The notes beneath the pieces were generated by a model. That model saw nothing but the letters and a program-made list of their open reading frames with translations, made no database searches and was not told where the DNA came from. Source: Candidatus Methanomethylicia archaeon (lineage in GTDB: Archaea; Thermoproteota; Methanomethylicia; Culexarchaeales; Culexarchaeaceae). From it: a DNA stretch of 64,000 bases. The stretch covers positions 320,001 to 384,000 of the forward strand of contig JAVYVS010000001.1 in the NCBI GenBank assembly GCA_038727515.1. The letters run 5' to 3'. Position numbers and translations under genes: made by a program. This document shows, piece after piece, positions 51,106-60,330 of the stretch (position 1 is its first letter; each line of letters opens with the position of its first letter).

Positions 51106-52176
51106 ATGCTATACATACTACATACCACAGGACAATGTAATTTAAACTGTAAATATTGTGGTGGAAGTTTTCCACAAAGATTAGTTCCATGGAGAATAGA
51201 ATATGAAATTGAAGATTTACAAAGATTTATGGAGGGAGACCCAAATCCAATAATAGCATTCTATGGCGGAGAACCACTATTAAACAGTAAATTTATAATG
51301 GAAGTAATGGATGAAATACCAAATGCAAAATATGTTATACAAACAAATGCCACATTAATAGAGAATTTAAAATACGAATACTGGTTGAAATTTGATGCAA
51401 TACTACTTTCCATAGATGGAAGAAGAGAAATTACAGATTATTATAGGGGTAAGGGAGTATATGATAAAGTTATTGAAGCAGGGAGGAAACTTAGAGAAAT
51501 AGGTTATAAAAAGGATTTAATAGCTAGGATGACAGTCACAGAGAAATCGAAAATATATGTAGAAGTAAAACACCTAATATCAACAGGTATTTTTGACCAT
51601 ATACATTGGCAATTAAATGTTATTTGGAGTAGAAAATGGAGGAATTTCAGAGATTGGAGTAAAAACTATGTATATGGAGTGAAAATGTTAATTAAAGAAT
51701 GGTTGAAAAATGCTGAGGAAGGAAGAATAATAGGCATAGCACCAATACTTGGAATATTAAAAACAGCATTACAAGATTTAAAGATTGAAAGTCCACCCTG
51801 CGGTTCAGGTAGAACTTCAATAAGCATATCCAGTAATGGTAAAATATATGCATGCCCAATAGCAGTAGATGCAAAATGGGCTGAAATTGGAGACTTATGG
51901 AACAATAATTGGAAAAATGTAAAAAGGATATCCATAGGTGAACCATGCATAAAATGTGAATACTACAATTATTGTGGTGGAAGATGCCTATATGCATACA
52001 TGGAGAAATTATGGGGTGAAAGGGGATTCAAAGAAATATGCAATATAACAAAGAAAACAATAAAAGAAGTTTTAAAGGTAAAAGAAAAAGTTTTTAAAAA
52101 TATAAGATATGGAGAGATAAATCTATACGATATAATTTACCCAAAATTTAATAATACAATTGAGATAATACCATAA
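51106..52176 (+). CDS. Radical SAM/SPASM protein (AF0577/TIGR04084-like putative peptide-modifying family)
   Basis: CNLNCKYCGGS, FYGGEPL, SPASM cysteines (CGSG, ACP, CxxCxxxxxCGGRC), C-terminal NTIEIIP. Confidence 0.85.
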   Translation: MLYILHTTGQCNLNCKYCGGSFPQRLVPWRIEYEIEDLQRFMEGDPNPIIAFYGGEPLLNSKFIMEVMDEIPNAKYVIQTNATLIENLKYEYWLKFDAILLSIDGRREITDYYRGKGVYDKVIEAGRKLREIGYKKDLIARMTVTEKSKIYVEVKHLISTGIFDHIHWQLNVIWSRKWRNFRDWSKNYVYGVKMLIKEWLKNAEEGRIIGIAPILGILKTALQDLKIESPPCGSGRTSISISSNGKIYACPIAVDAKWAEIGDLWNNNWKNVKRISIGEPCIKCEYYNYCGGRCLYAYMEKLWGERGFKEICNITKKTIKEVLKVKEKVFKNIRYGEINLYDIIYPKFNNTIEIIP

Positions 52177-52208
52177 TTTTATATCAAAAATTTAAAAAAA
52201 GAATAAAT

Positions 52209-52985
52209 TTAATTAGATGCTGGAATTGTTGCTGGTTTCATAGCAGCCTTTTTCTTCTTATAATCAGTGTATATAATGTATAATAAGCCTAAGCAACATA
52301 TTGCAGTCATTATTGGAGCGTAAACACCAGATTCAGGGGTACCTATACCACTAGCCTTCCATGGGAAATATCTACTACCAAGCAATAATTGGAACCTTTG
52401 TATAAGTAGAGATTCTCTACCCATAACTGTATTAGCGAAGGACGCACCTAAAGCGGCTAAAATTACATATCTACCAGCTTTATTTAAATTCTTTAATGGA
52501 CCTTTAAGCTCAGTGGTAAATATGAAGAAGAATATTGCTAGTACAGCACCAAAGAATAATACAAATCTATTAAACGTGGTGAAAGGATCGGCAGCAAACA
52601 ATGATGTACCTATAGCAGCATTTATTTGACCAACGAAATCTGATCTAATAGTACCCCTTAAACCAGTTCCAAGACCATAACCAATACCAATAGCTATAGG
52701 TATCCTGTATAACCAGAAATACTTTCTTGAGAAGAAGAAGTAATAGCATAATCCTATAAGAGCCCATGGAAATACGAAATCCCATCTACCACGATAAACA
52801 ACTGGGTTATATAGGTAATTCTGGAAGAACCATAAGTCGTATGAAACACCATAACCAACACTTATACCAACGTATAAGTGCTCTACAAATCTAAATAGTG
52901 GGTTTTCCCTATATAAGTATGATAGACAACCAAAGCTTACGAATACAGCAGTCCATACGAAAATTAGTTCTTGTAATGTCACCAT
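52209..52985 (-). CDS. Four-gene membrane system copy 3, subunit D
   Basis: SYLYRENPLFRFVEH, AGRYVILAALGASFA; start moved to ATG 52985. Confidence 0.85.
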   Translation of the reverse strand: MVTLQELIFVWTAVFVSFGCLSYLYRENPLFRFVEHLYVGISVGYGVSYDLWFFQNYLYNPVVYRGRWDFVFPWALIGLCYYFFFSRKYFWLYRIPIAIGIGYGLGTGLRGTIRSDFVGQINAAIGTSLFAADPFTTFNRFVLFFGAVLAIFFFIFTTELKGPLKNLNKAGRYVILAALGASFANTVMGRESLLIQRFQLLLGSRYFPWKASGIGTPESGVYAPIMTAICCLGLLYIIYTDYKKKKAAMKPATIPASN

Positions 52986-52989
52986 ACTT

Positions 52990-53877
52990 TCACCCACCTC
53001 CACGAGACTTTTTAGCAAAATAACTTAGATTGCCAAGTATAATACCTACAACAAGTAGATAATGTACTGCTGATTGAGCATTCATCGCTTGTGGTGCACC
53101 AGTTAACCCAAATTCACCAAGTAAAGTTTCATATTCAGCCGCACCCCTAAGACTATTAAGAATACCAATATAACCAATTTCACCCTTCTTACCAGCCTCA
53201 TAGTATGGTAAATACCCGGGAACTGAAACCCCAGGAAGACATGCGGCGAATACTAATGCAGGTGGAAGTTTCTTGGTAGCCCAATATTGTAGGTATGTTT
53301 CAGGTCCAGGGGAACCAGCAGCAAAAGATACAACTAGAGAAGCATACTTTATGCCATCAAACTTTTGTACTAGCTCCAAATTTTCTATGGGATTACCATA
53401 ATAATCCTTAGTCATAGCTTGGGTAATGGTGTCGAAAATTCTTATTATTAGAGCTGTAGTTGCTAGATAACCTAAGTTCACCCAATGCTTTCCATACTCT
53501 TTAGTAATAATGCGAGTTGGATTTTCAGGATCTAAACCAGTATGATCAATACTCTTCCATATTTCATCAGCCATTATCGGACCATCACTCCACATACCCA
53601 AAACAATAATATACAAGGGTCTCTTAACCACATGTCTAAATACAGCAATAGCTTGTGGATGTATCTCTGCGTGAGCACCACCATAATCAAATGATAAAAC
53701 AACTAACGATCCTGCTGGAAGCTTTTCAATATAATTATATAGGCCAAGGGTGTATTCAGTTATACTTAATGGTGATGGAGCAACAATAGCCACGGGTATT
53801 GCTATGCATATCGCGGTTAATAGGTATAGCCATCTAGGATCTAAAGCTTCAAGAAATTCATACCAAGGTCTACTCAA
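52990..53877 (-). CDS. Four-gene membrane system copy 3, subunit C
   Basis: LDPRWLYLL, YGKHWVNLGY, RGAAEYE; probable TTG start 53877 after GGAGGTGA. Confidence 0.85.
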   Translation of the reverse strand: MSRPWYEFLEALDPRWLYLLTAICIAIPVAIVAPSPLSITEYTLGLYNYIEKLPAGSLVVLSFDYGGAHAEIHPQAIAVFRHVVKRPLYIIVLGMWSDGPIMADEIWKSIDHTGLDPENPTRIITKEYGKHWVNLGYLATTALIIRIFDTITQAMTKDYYGNPIENLELVQKFDGIKYASLVVSFAAGSPGPETYLQYWATKKLPPALVFAACLPGVSVPGYLPYYEAGKKGEIGYIGILNSLRGAAEYETLLGEFGLTGAPQAMNAQSAVHYLLVVGIILGNLSYFAKKSRGGG

Positions 53878-53878
53878 T

Positions 53879-54595
53879 CTACTCACCTCCAGCAAGTGTT
53901 GGTCTACGCTCATAAGCAAATATGACTCTAACACCATAAGCAATACTGCCAATAGCCGTACATAAAACAACGCCACGCATAGCAGAAGTATTTATGTAAT
54001 CCATTATCCAAGCTCTAATAGGTTCAAAGAATGGGAATAATGCTGAATTTATTGGTGCATTACCCATTAAGACTAAAAATCCAGTTATTAATAATATTGC
54101 TGCATCAATATTCCTAGCTCTAAAAGCTCTATAACCAGCTGAAATTATGAAAAATCCAAGTAATGCAAACATCATACTACTAGCAACACTACTCACACAC
54201 CAATATAGATAGTTCCAGACGACTGCCGTAGAATCATAAATCCATTTAGGTACCACAGCACCCTTTGGATCTAATGCATATCTACCACCAAGAGTGCTTA
54301 TAATTGCCATGAATGGTATCATAATTAAGACTATAAGGCTAAATTGCCATGGACCACGTCTACGAGAAACATTCCTATAATGAATCCTAAATACATTTAT
54401 TGCACCAATACCAATAGCCATCGCACCCATAGCATTAAAGTAATCTAACATTGTAGTTTCAAGATAGCTGGATGTACTGAAAGTTCCAACTCTAATATCA
54501 ATGTACCACTCAAATACGTAAATTATCCCAAATACAAATGCTAATATTATTGGTATAGACCTTTTATAATCAAGTAATAGTGATTTAAATCCCAT
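53879..54595 (-). CDS. Four-gene membrane system copy 3, subunit B
   Basis: YRAFRARNIDAA, MRGVVLCTAIG. Confidence 0.85.
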   Translation of the reverse strand: MGFKSLLLDYKRSIPIILAFVFGIIYVFEWYIDIRVGTFSTSSYLETTMLDYFNAMGAMAIGIGAINVFRIHYRNVSRRRGPWQFSLIVLIMIPFMAIISTLGGRYALDPKGAVVPKWIYDSTAVVWNYLYWCVSSVASSMMFALLGFFIISAGYRAFRARNIDAAILLITGFLVLMGNAPINSALFPFFEPIRAWIMDYINTSAMRGVVLCTAIGSIAYGVRVIFAYERRPTLAGGE

Positions 54596-54605
54596 CTAGC
54601 TCACC

Positions 54606-55409
54606 TCACTTAGCCAATAAATCTAATATAAACCTACTTCCACTACATATAGCGATAATACCTATCAACAACATAACCAATGCTATATACCTCCCAATAT
54701 CATGAGCAAATAATACACCAATTATTTTTGGATCTCTAGTTATATATGCTGCAGCTGCATAAAGCTCTTCACCGATTAAAGCATAATCACATGCAGCAAC
54801 GAAGAATGGCATTTGAACAGTGGCTGTGGTTCCAGCAATCTGTATTGCACCAATATTATAGCCAGCTTCAGCAAGCTCTAAAGATTCAGCATAGAAATAG
54901 CCTAAGAAGAAGTTTGCTGCAGGCCTCTCCCTCTGGAATATTCCAAGAACACCTGAAGCAAATGCAAATTGCTCACTGGCAATAAACCTAACCATTTCAG
55001 GTTGATACATATCTGCTTTACCTTCAGCTGCATAAGCTTGTTTTACAATACCTTCAGCAGCCATATAAACAGTGTAATACCTATTGGCTACAATTATGGG
55101 GATACCATATCTAGCAGTCTTTCTGGCAACATCTCCAAGTATTGATAGAGCAGCTAAAGTGTTTAAATCACCTATACCATGCATACCTGGAGTAAAGAAT
55201 ACTGGTCTACCCATCTCTGTAGCTCTACCAATAGCTTCATCCACAGCTTCAACAGCAGGAATCTTTCTAACCCTAACTTTTTCCGGTCTACGTTTAGAAA
55301 ATTCTAGTGCAAAAATCGTTAAAGCCCCAAGAATCATCAACATTACGCCTTGTGCCATACGCCCAGATATAACCCTAAACTCTATTTGGGCTAAATCCAG
55401 CAGTATCAT
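54606..55409 (-). CDS. Four-gene membrane system copy 3, subunit A (DUF6754-like)
   Basis: VRKIPAVEAVDEAIGRATEMGRP, PFFVAACDYALIGEELYAAAAYITRD. Confidence 0.8.
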   Translation of the reverse strand: MILLDLAQIEFRVISGRMAQGVMLMILGALTIFALEFSKRRPEKVRVRKIPAVEAVDEAIGRATEMGRPVFFTPGMHGIGDLNTLAALSILGDVARKTARYGIPIIVANRYYTVYMAAEGIVKQAYAAEGKADMYQPEMVRFIASEQFAFASGVLGIFQRERPAANFFLGYFYAESLELAEAGYNIGAIQIAGTTATVQMPFFVAACDYALIGEELYAAAAYITRDPKIIGVLFAHDIGRYIALVMLLIGIIAICSGSRFILDLLAK

Positions 55410-55533
55410 ATTTCTCCTCTCAAAAAAATTTTTAGTTTTAAAAGTATCTTAAAATTAAATTTTTGAATAAATCTATATATATTTTACTATTATAAAATAA
55501 AATTTTCAGGAAATTATTCATAATTAGGAAAAA

Positions 55534-55998
55534 TTAATTAAGTTTGTATAGTTTCCAGTATTCTACAACTCTACCGTCGCTTAGAAATTCTGGTCCTCCA
55601 ACCATTTTAGCTGTGTAACCTAAGCTTTTTAGTGCTGCAAACATGAGTGATGTGGATATATGTGCTGGAACTCTACCAAGTTTAATAAGTTTTTGAGCTC
55701 CATCAGCAATAGCTGGATTTAACATAATGTACTTCACAGTATCATTAGAAATTTTTTCAACACTTATATCTTCAACGTATCCTGAATCTTTAAGCCATTT
55801 AGCTAATGTAGATAAAACTTTAAATGGATCTTTATCCCTTAATTCTTCAATAAAATTCTTAGCTTCTTCAAAAACTATTTCACCACACTTCCAAACAATA
55901 CTCCAAGTATTTTCACCAATTAAATCGTATATGGCATAATATACGCCATATATCACTAGATCAAAGAATTTAGGATCTATACGAATTTTTCCAGTCAA
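55534..55998 (-). CDS. Hypothetical protein (possibly V4R/H-NOX-like small ligand-binding fold)
   Basis: Intact 154-aa ORF; fold is a guess from the helix-helix-strand pattern only. Confidence 0.5.
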   Translation of the reverse strand: MTGKIRIDPKFFDLVIYGVYYAIYDLIGENTWSIVWKCGEIVFEEAKNFIEELRDKDPFKVLSTLAKWLKDSGYVEDISVEKISNDTVKYIMLNPAIADGAQKLIKLGRVPAHISTSLMFAALKSLGYTAKMVGGPEFLSDGRVVEYWKLYKLN

Positions 55999-56089
55999 AT
56001 AGACACCGGAAATACGTATATAACTTCTAAATAAAAATTGTACGATAAATGATTAAATAAATTTAAATCATAAACTGAAATATATAGGT

Positions 56090-56377
56090 TTGATGGAAAT
56101 ACAAAATGAAAATGATGGAATATTGGTGAAGGTGAAATTCGCATCATATCTTAAGGAGTTAATTGGTAAAAGTGTAATAGAATTGAAATTAAGTGAAAAT
56201 ACTAGTGTAGGAGAATTAATAGATATTTTAAAGGAGAAGTGGCCGTTTATAAAAAAGATCGATATAGAAGGGGAGGGCCCAATAATATTACTCTTAAATA
56301 ATAAACCAACAAGTAGAATTGAAAAACTTAAATATGGAGATGAAATAGAAATAATACCGCCTGCAATTGGAGGATGA
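56090..56377 (+). CDS. MoaD/ThiS/SAMP ubiquitin-like protein
   Basis: VKVKFAS.LKE, LKYGDEIEIIPPAIGG with C-terminal di-glycine. Confidence 0.9.
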   Translation: MMEIQNENDGILVKVKFASYLKELIGKSVIELKLSENTSVGELIDILKEKWPFIKKIDIEGEGPIILLLNNKPTSRIEKLKYGDEIEIIPPAIGG

Positions 56378-56431
56378 TTATCAATAGGAAACTATTTAAA
56401 TTAAATACTAGATTCGTCATAAGGATAATAT

Positions 56432-56776
56432 ATGGAGAAAGTGGTGCACTACACAAAAATTGAGAGAGAAGAAGTAAAGAGTGAAGATGCAAAGGGTATA
56501 CATGTTAGATGGTTAATATCAGACAGAGATGGAGCACCAAACTTTGCTATGAGATTATTTGAGATAAATCCAAAGGGAAATTCACCGAAACATCAACATT
56601 CATATGAACATGAAATATTCATTCTTGAAGGGAATGGTAAAGTTGTGATAAATGATAAGGAATATGAGATTTCCCAGGGATACGTTGTATTTATCCCACC
56701 AAATGCAAAACATACAATAATAAACACTGGAGACAAACCACTAAAATTCATATGCTTAATACCAATATTAAAATAA
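56432..56776 (+). CDS. Cupin-domain protein
   Basis: GAPNFAMRLF, HQHSYEHEIFIL.G.G, PPN..H. Confidence 0.9.
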   Translation: MEKVVHYTKIEREEVKSEDAKGIHVRWLISDRDGAPNFAMRLFEINPKGNSPKHQHSYEHEIFILEGNGKVVINDKEYEISQGYVVFIPPNAKHTIINTGDKPLKFICLIPILK

Positions 56777-56850
56777 ACATAAATAAAATTCAATTTTTAC
56801 ATAATATAGATAATTTAATAAATAAAGACATGGCATAGTATTTTTGAATA

Positions 56851-57909
56851 GTGGTTAAAATGGGAGGAATACTTTTTATTGGAACTGGAAGTGCAGGTGA
56901 AAGAATACTCTCAATTGCCTATGCAACATTCAAAAATTTAAGATCAAAAGAAAATTACTTTATAGCAGTAAATACTAGCAAGAAGGATCATGAAAGAGTA
57001 CAATCATATTTTGATGAAAGAGGGATAAAGGATCACTCAAACTTCCTATTTGAAACCATTGGAGAAGAAACTTTAAGTGGATATGGAGCTGGAAAAGATC
57101 CGAAGCTTGGTCAAAGTGCATATGAAGCCGATAAAGAAAAATTGCTAAAGAGATTGAAATCATTACATAAAAAGGAGAATTTCAAAATAGCAATACCGCT
57201 CTCAAGTTTAGGGGGTGGATGTGGAACAATGGTTGTAGGGGAATTAGCCAGTGATATAAAAAATGAAATTGGGATAAGGGTTATACCAATATGTACAATA
57301 CCATTTAGAAGGGAGGGAGATCTACTAATTGGAAATGCTCTACTTGGTTTAAGAAATCTATTGGATAAAGGTCTTAATCCACTGATATTTGATAATGAAT
57401 TAATGATGAGATTTAGTCAAACAGTGGGTGAAGGTGTAGATAGAGCAAACATTATAATTACATCATTAATATCAAGTTTAGTAGATCTCGTGGAATATGG
57501 AGGATTCTCAAATCCACCAATAGACATAATAGATTTAACAAGACTAGTAATACCACAATGCGGATTTTTCACAGTAGCATACTTAGATAATTTAAGGGAT
57601 TTCAAGAGGAAGTGGAAAGACTTATTTGAATTTAATAAATCACTGGTTTCACAACCAATAACGCAAACAAATTGTTTCATAATGTTTAAAGCGAGAAGTT
57701 TTCCACATGAAGTAGTTGAAGATGGGTTATCATATCTTAGAGTAAAGTATAATGCTAAAGAAATTATACCAACAACAATAGAAGATAAAAGTTTTGCAGG
57801 TTACACCATAGCAGCAATGATATGGGGAATGTCTATAGAGGGTATAAAACCACCATTAAAAACAAAGAGACCATTGGGAGAGGAAATAAGGAAGATGCTT
57901 AAAATATAA
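56851..57909 (+). CDS. Divergent FtsZ/CetZ/tubulin-superfamily GTPase
   Basis: IGTGSAG, AVNT, GYGAGKDP, LGGGCGT, TIPFRREG, FDNE, IDIIDL in FtsZ loop order. Confidence 0.8.
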   Translation: MVKMGGILFIGTGSAGERILSIAYATFKNLRSKENYFIAVNTSKKDHERVQSYFDERGIKDHSNFLFETIGEETLSGYGAGKDPKLGQSAYEADKEKLLKRLKSLHKKENFKIAIPLSSLGGGCGTMVVGELASDIKNEIGIRVIPICTIPFRREGDLLIGNALLGLRNLLDKGLNPLIFDNELMMRFSQTVGEGVDRANIIITSLISSLVDLVEYGGFSNPPIDIIDLTRLVIPQCGFFTVAYLDNLRDFKRKWKDLFEFNKSLVSQPITQTNCFIMFKARSFPHEVVEDGLSYLRVKYNAKEIIPTTIEDKSFAGYTIAAMIWGMSIEGIKPPLKTKRPLGEEIRKMLKI

Positions 57910-57923
57910 ACTTAAAATCTTTT

Positions 57924-58499
57924 TTAGATATACTCAGAAAGTAAACGTTTATCAGAAATTTTAGGAAGTTTCTGAGAAGCATTAACCACTCCAAAATGAG
58001 AGTAATCCACATAACCAAGGGAAATCAGCTTTTTCAAAACACCATCAGGATTAGAAATACCCATATCAGATAAATCCTTAAGAAATCTAATTACACCAAC
58101 ACTTCTATACCTATTTAAATACTCTATAGATCTCCTTAAATCTGGATCCTTCATCCAATCAACATCAGACTTCTTTAAATCTTCAACTCTAGATGTAACA
58201 ATATCACTAGTTGCCTTGTCCTCATGTTTAATTTTTGAAGCCTCCTCAGAATGAGTCATTACTGAAATAATTTTAGGAACAGAAAAACTGCAAAGTAAAT
58301 CTTCAACTTCAATAAATCCTTGAGGCGCCGAAATCTTCCCATCCTTCAAAAGATCACTTAAAATTACAGTTAAAGTAGCTAAACCTATACCTTCACCTTT
58401 AGCCCAATTCCTCAAATCTTCAAAAGAGAGTTCACCAACACACTTAATACGATCATAAACCTTATCCAATAAGATTTTATAATATCCACCAGAAGACAA
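57924..58499 (-). CDS. Hypothetical protein, probable two winged-helix domains with charged linker
   Basis: Two helix-helix-helix-(G.I/G.V)-strand units. Confidence 0.5.
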   Translation of the reverse strand: MSSGGYYKILLDKVYDRIKCVGELSFEDLRNWAKGEGIGLATLTVILSDLLKDGKISAPQGFIEVEDLLCSFSVPKIISVMTHSEEASKIKHEDKATSDIVTSRVEDLKKSDVDWMKDPDLRRSIEYLNRYRSVGVIRFLKDLSDMGISNPDGVLKKLISLGYVDYSHFGVVNASQKLPKISDKRLLSEYI

Positions 58500-58564
58500 T
58501 GGATTTCACCAAAACCAAAGTAATTATTAATCTTCAAAGATATAAATTATTTATTGAGTAATTT

Positions 58565-58969
58565 ATGCCTAGAAGATTAAGTGAAGGTTCTCGTACCACA
58601 GGATACATGTATTTCAATGTAAATGAAGTAAAAACAAATATGGATTTAGATGAAATACTGAAGATAATCTTTAGTAGAGCAGAGGAATATAGGAGAATAT
58701 CAAAAATAATATTGGAGGGAATAAAGGAGATAGCAGTAAAGGATGATAGAGAAACTTTAACAATAAACTCAGAAGAAATGTCAAAATTGATATATGAAAG
58801 AATTGGATCTAAAAAGAAGAGTATAGCGTATAGGGTTATATCACAATTCCTAATACCAATGGGATTAATATCATATAGACGTGAAGATGGAACATATACA
58901 ATCTCACAAAACTTTAGAAATGCATTAGTAAAAATTGGAACAGCATATGTTAGATGGATGAAAAGATGA
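58565..58969 (+). CDS. Hypothetical protein, probable winged-helix DNA-binding domain
   Basis: AYRVISQFLIPMGLISY...GTYTIS pattern. Confidence 0.55.
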   Translation: MPRRLSEGSRTTGYMYFNVNEVKTNMDLDEILKIIFSRAEEYRRISKIILEGIKEIAVKDDRETLTINSEEMSKLIYERIGSKKKSIAYRVISQFLIPMGLISYRREDGTYTISQNFRNALVKIGTAYVRWMKR

Positions 58970-60033
58970 TGAACATCGAAGAGTGTATAAATAGGGTAAT
59001 TCAAGAGAGAGAGAAATTTAGTGTAATTGCATTACATGACTACTTTATAGATCACTTCGTATACATGAAAGAAGATTTAAACAATTTAATGGAGGAAATG
59101 ATTGAAACAGCAAAACGTGGTGGAGGAAACATTTTCAAAAATGAGCAAAGTATTATAAGAGGGGGATGTGCAGCAAACTTTTCAGCAGCTATAGCAAAAC
59201 TTGGTGTAAAAGTTAAGTTAATAACGTATGCGGATAAAATTGGATTAGAAATTTTAAAGAGAGATGCTATTGATGTAGACTTAAGTCATTTAAAGATATG
59301 TGAAAAACAAGCTATAACAACAATAATAGAAACAATATACATGGATAGGAAAATTAACATTATGATAAGCTATCCAGGGATACTCTCAAACTTCGGTTTA
59401 AATAAACTAGATCCAAAGGATTGGGAGAGCATACTTAACTCAGATTTTGTATGTATGTTTACGTGGAATGTAAATGAAAAGGGTAATGAACTTATAGAAG
59501 GAGTTTCAAGAAGAGTAAAGGAAAGTGGAAGAGGAAGAGTGTACATAGATTTAGGAGATCCAAGACGTAAAATAAGTGAATTAAGAGAATTGTTAAATAA
59601 AATCATGAAAGAGGAACTTGTGGATGCAATAAGCCTAAATGAAAATGAATTTGATATAGTGAGTAAGATAGTATTTGGGGAAAGGATAAGTTACTTGAAA
59701 GATTTAAGAGAAGAACTTATAAAATTATCAAAGGAATTGAATACTAGATTGGATGTACATACACCAGAATATTCAGCTACATCAGTAAATGAAAAATTAA
59801 CTATTGTCCCATGCTTTAAAGTAAATGTAAAGAGAACCACAGGAGCTGGAGATGCATGGAATGCAGGTAACATATTGGGGTGGGGTTCTAAATTAGATGA
59901 TTATAGTAGATTATTAATAGCAAATGCAGTAGCAGCAATATACATATCTAAAGATGCCCCGATTCATCCAGATATATGGGAGTTAAAGGAATTCATAATG
60001 AAGATGGGAAGATATTATTTTAATATATCATAA
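58954..60033 (+). CDS. PfkB/ribokinase-family carbohydrate kinase
   Basis: GGCAAN, LNENE, TTGAGDAWNAG. Confidence 0.85.
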   Translation: MDEKMMNIEECINRVIQEREKFSVIALHDYFIDHFVYMKEDLNNLMEEMIETAKRGGGNIFKNEQSIIRGGCAANFSAAIAKLGVKVKLITYADKIGLEILKRDAIDVDLSHLKICEKQAITTIIETIYMDRKINIMISYPGILSNFGLNKLDPKDWESILNSDFVCMFTWNVNEKGNELIEGVSRRVKESGRGRVYIDLGDPRRKISELRELLNKIMKEELVDAISLNENEFDIVSKIVFGERISYLKDLREELIKLSKELNTRLDVHTPEYSATSVNEKLTIVPCFKVNVKRTTGAGDAWNAGNILGWGSKLDDYSRLLIANAVAAIYISKDAPIHPDIWELKEFIMKMGRYYFNIS

Positions 60034-60124
60034 CCTTATTTTAAAAAAATGTTACATTAAACATAGAAAAATTTAAATTCATCATCAACACATAAGATTA
60101 TGACAATAAATCAAGGTGAATAAA

Positions 60125-60268
60125 ATGGTTAAATGTAAAAAGTGTGGAACAGAGGTAAGTGCACCATTAAAGACTTGGGTTCTAGCACCGAAAGGTAGAA
60201 GACCTGTAACAATGGGCTTATACAAATGCCCTGCATGTGGAGCATACTTTAGAGCTGGAGCAAAATAA
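60125..60268 (+). CDS. Cren7/CC1-like small chromatin protein with CxxC...CxxC zinc ribbon (47 aa, absent from ORF track)
   Basis: Manual translation MVKCKKCGTEVSAPLKTWVLAPKGRRPVTMGLYKCPACGAYFRAGAK*; WxLAPKGR..V.(M/I)GL(Y/F)...G.YFR is the Cren7 signature; GGTGA SD upstream. Confidence 0.85.
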   Translation: MVKCKKCGTEVSAPLKTWVLAPKGRRPVTMGLYKCPACGAYFRAGAK

Positions 60269-60330
60269 AATTCCTTTAAATTTTTTATTTAACAGCAAAT
60301 TTTATACCCACAAATATAATATAGTTAAAC

